From Aulosira sp. ZfuVER01 (GTDB lineage Bacteria > Cyanobacteriota > Cyanobacteriia > Cyanobacteriales > Nostocaceae), in contig JAVRCV020000005.1 of assembly GCA_034530615.2 (NCBI GenBank), positions 20,256 through 84,255 on the forward strand: 64,000 nucleotides of DNA. The letters run 5' to 3'. Below the pieces are notes generated by a model that did not search any database, was not told the DNA's origin, and was given only the letters and a program-made list of their open reading frames with translations. Shown piece by piece: positions 63,950-64,000 of this stretch; the first letter of the stretch is position 1; the number at the start of each line of letters is the position of its first letter. The position numbers and the translations under genes are program-made.

Positions 63950-64000
63950 CATTGGTGTCAACTTAAGCTGGAAGGAAGCATAAGATGTAATCTAAGAACA
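63950..64000 (+). mobile_element. Possible left end of an IS/MITE inserted into a REP-like palindrome
   Basis: CATTGGTGTCAACTTAAGC directly follows the REP-like half GTAGGGGCACAACAATGTT; near-identical motif at 5153. Confidence 0.45.

Larger units (their letters stand above)
1..64000. repeat. HIP1 octamer GCGATCGC dispersed throughout
   Basis: Many copies in coding and intergenic DNA, e.g. 231, 587, 2020, 3677. Confidence 0.9.

Overview
Mostly core chromosome of a heterocyst-forming (Nostocales) cyanobacterium: low GC, abundant HIP1 (GCGATCGC), STRR/SDR-type short repeats, and hetZ, patU and a hepN-like kinase. Gene order: Zur-boxed znuBCA with a divergent OprB/SLH porin; a probable NsrR1-like sRNA; NFACT/RqcH; spsB-like glycosyltransferase; an AT-rich-flanked signalling cassette (CBS plus nine-PAS histidine kinase, small hypothetical, two CheY-like receivers, RcaC-like REC-wHTH-HPt-REC-REC regulator); rbpG; degenerate M48 protease; prfC; hemB; XRE regulator; frameshifted Uma2; pdhB-secDF; hepN; tsaC; prmC; tic22; tRNA-Pro; tsaD; psaFJL; gmk; remA; transglutaminase-like gene; patU-hetZ; sds; murI; amiC2 and a shortened, frameshifted amiC1; Na+/H+ antiporter; SIMPL; ssb; mreBCD. 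No CRISPR array, rRNA, prophage or intact transposase was seen. The best candidates for something new are the RcaE/F/C-like phosphorelay with non-photosensory input, the remodelled amiC1, and a structured intergenic RNA candidate near 51.7-52.0 kb. All homology and synteny calls come from recalled family knowledge, not from searches.
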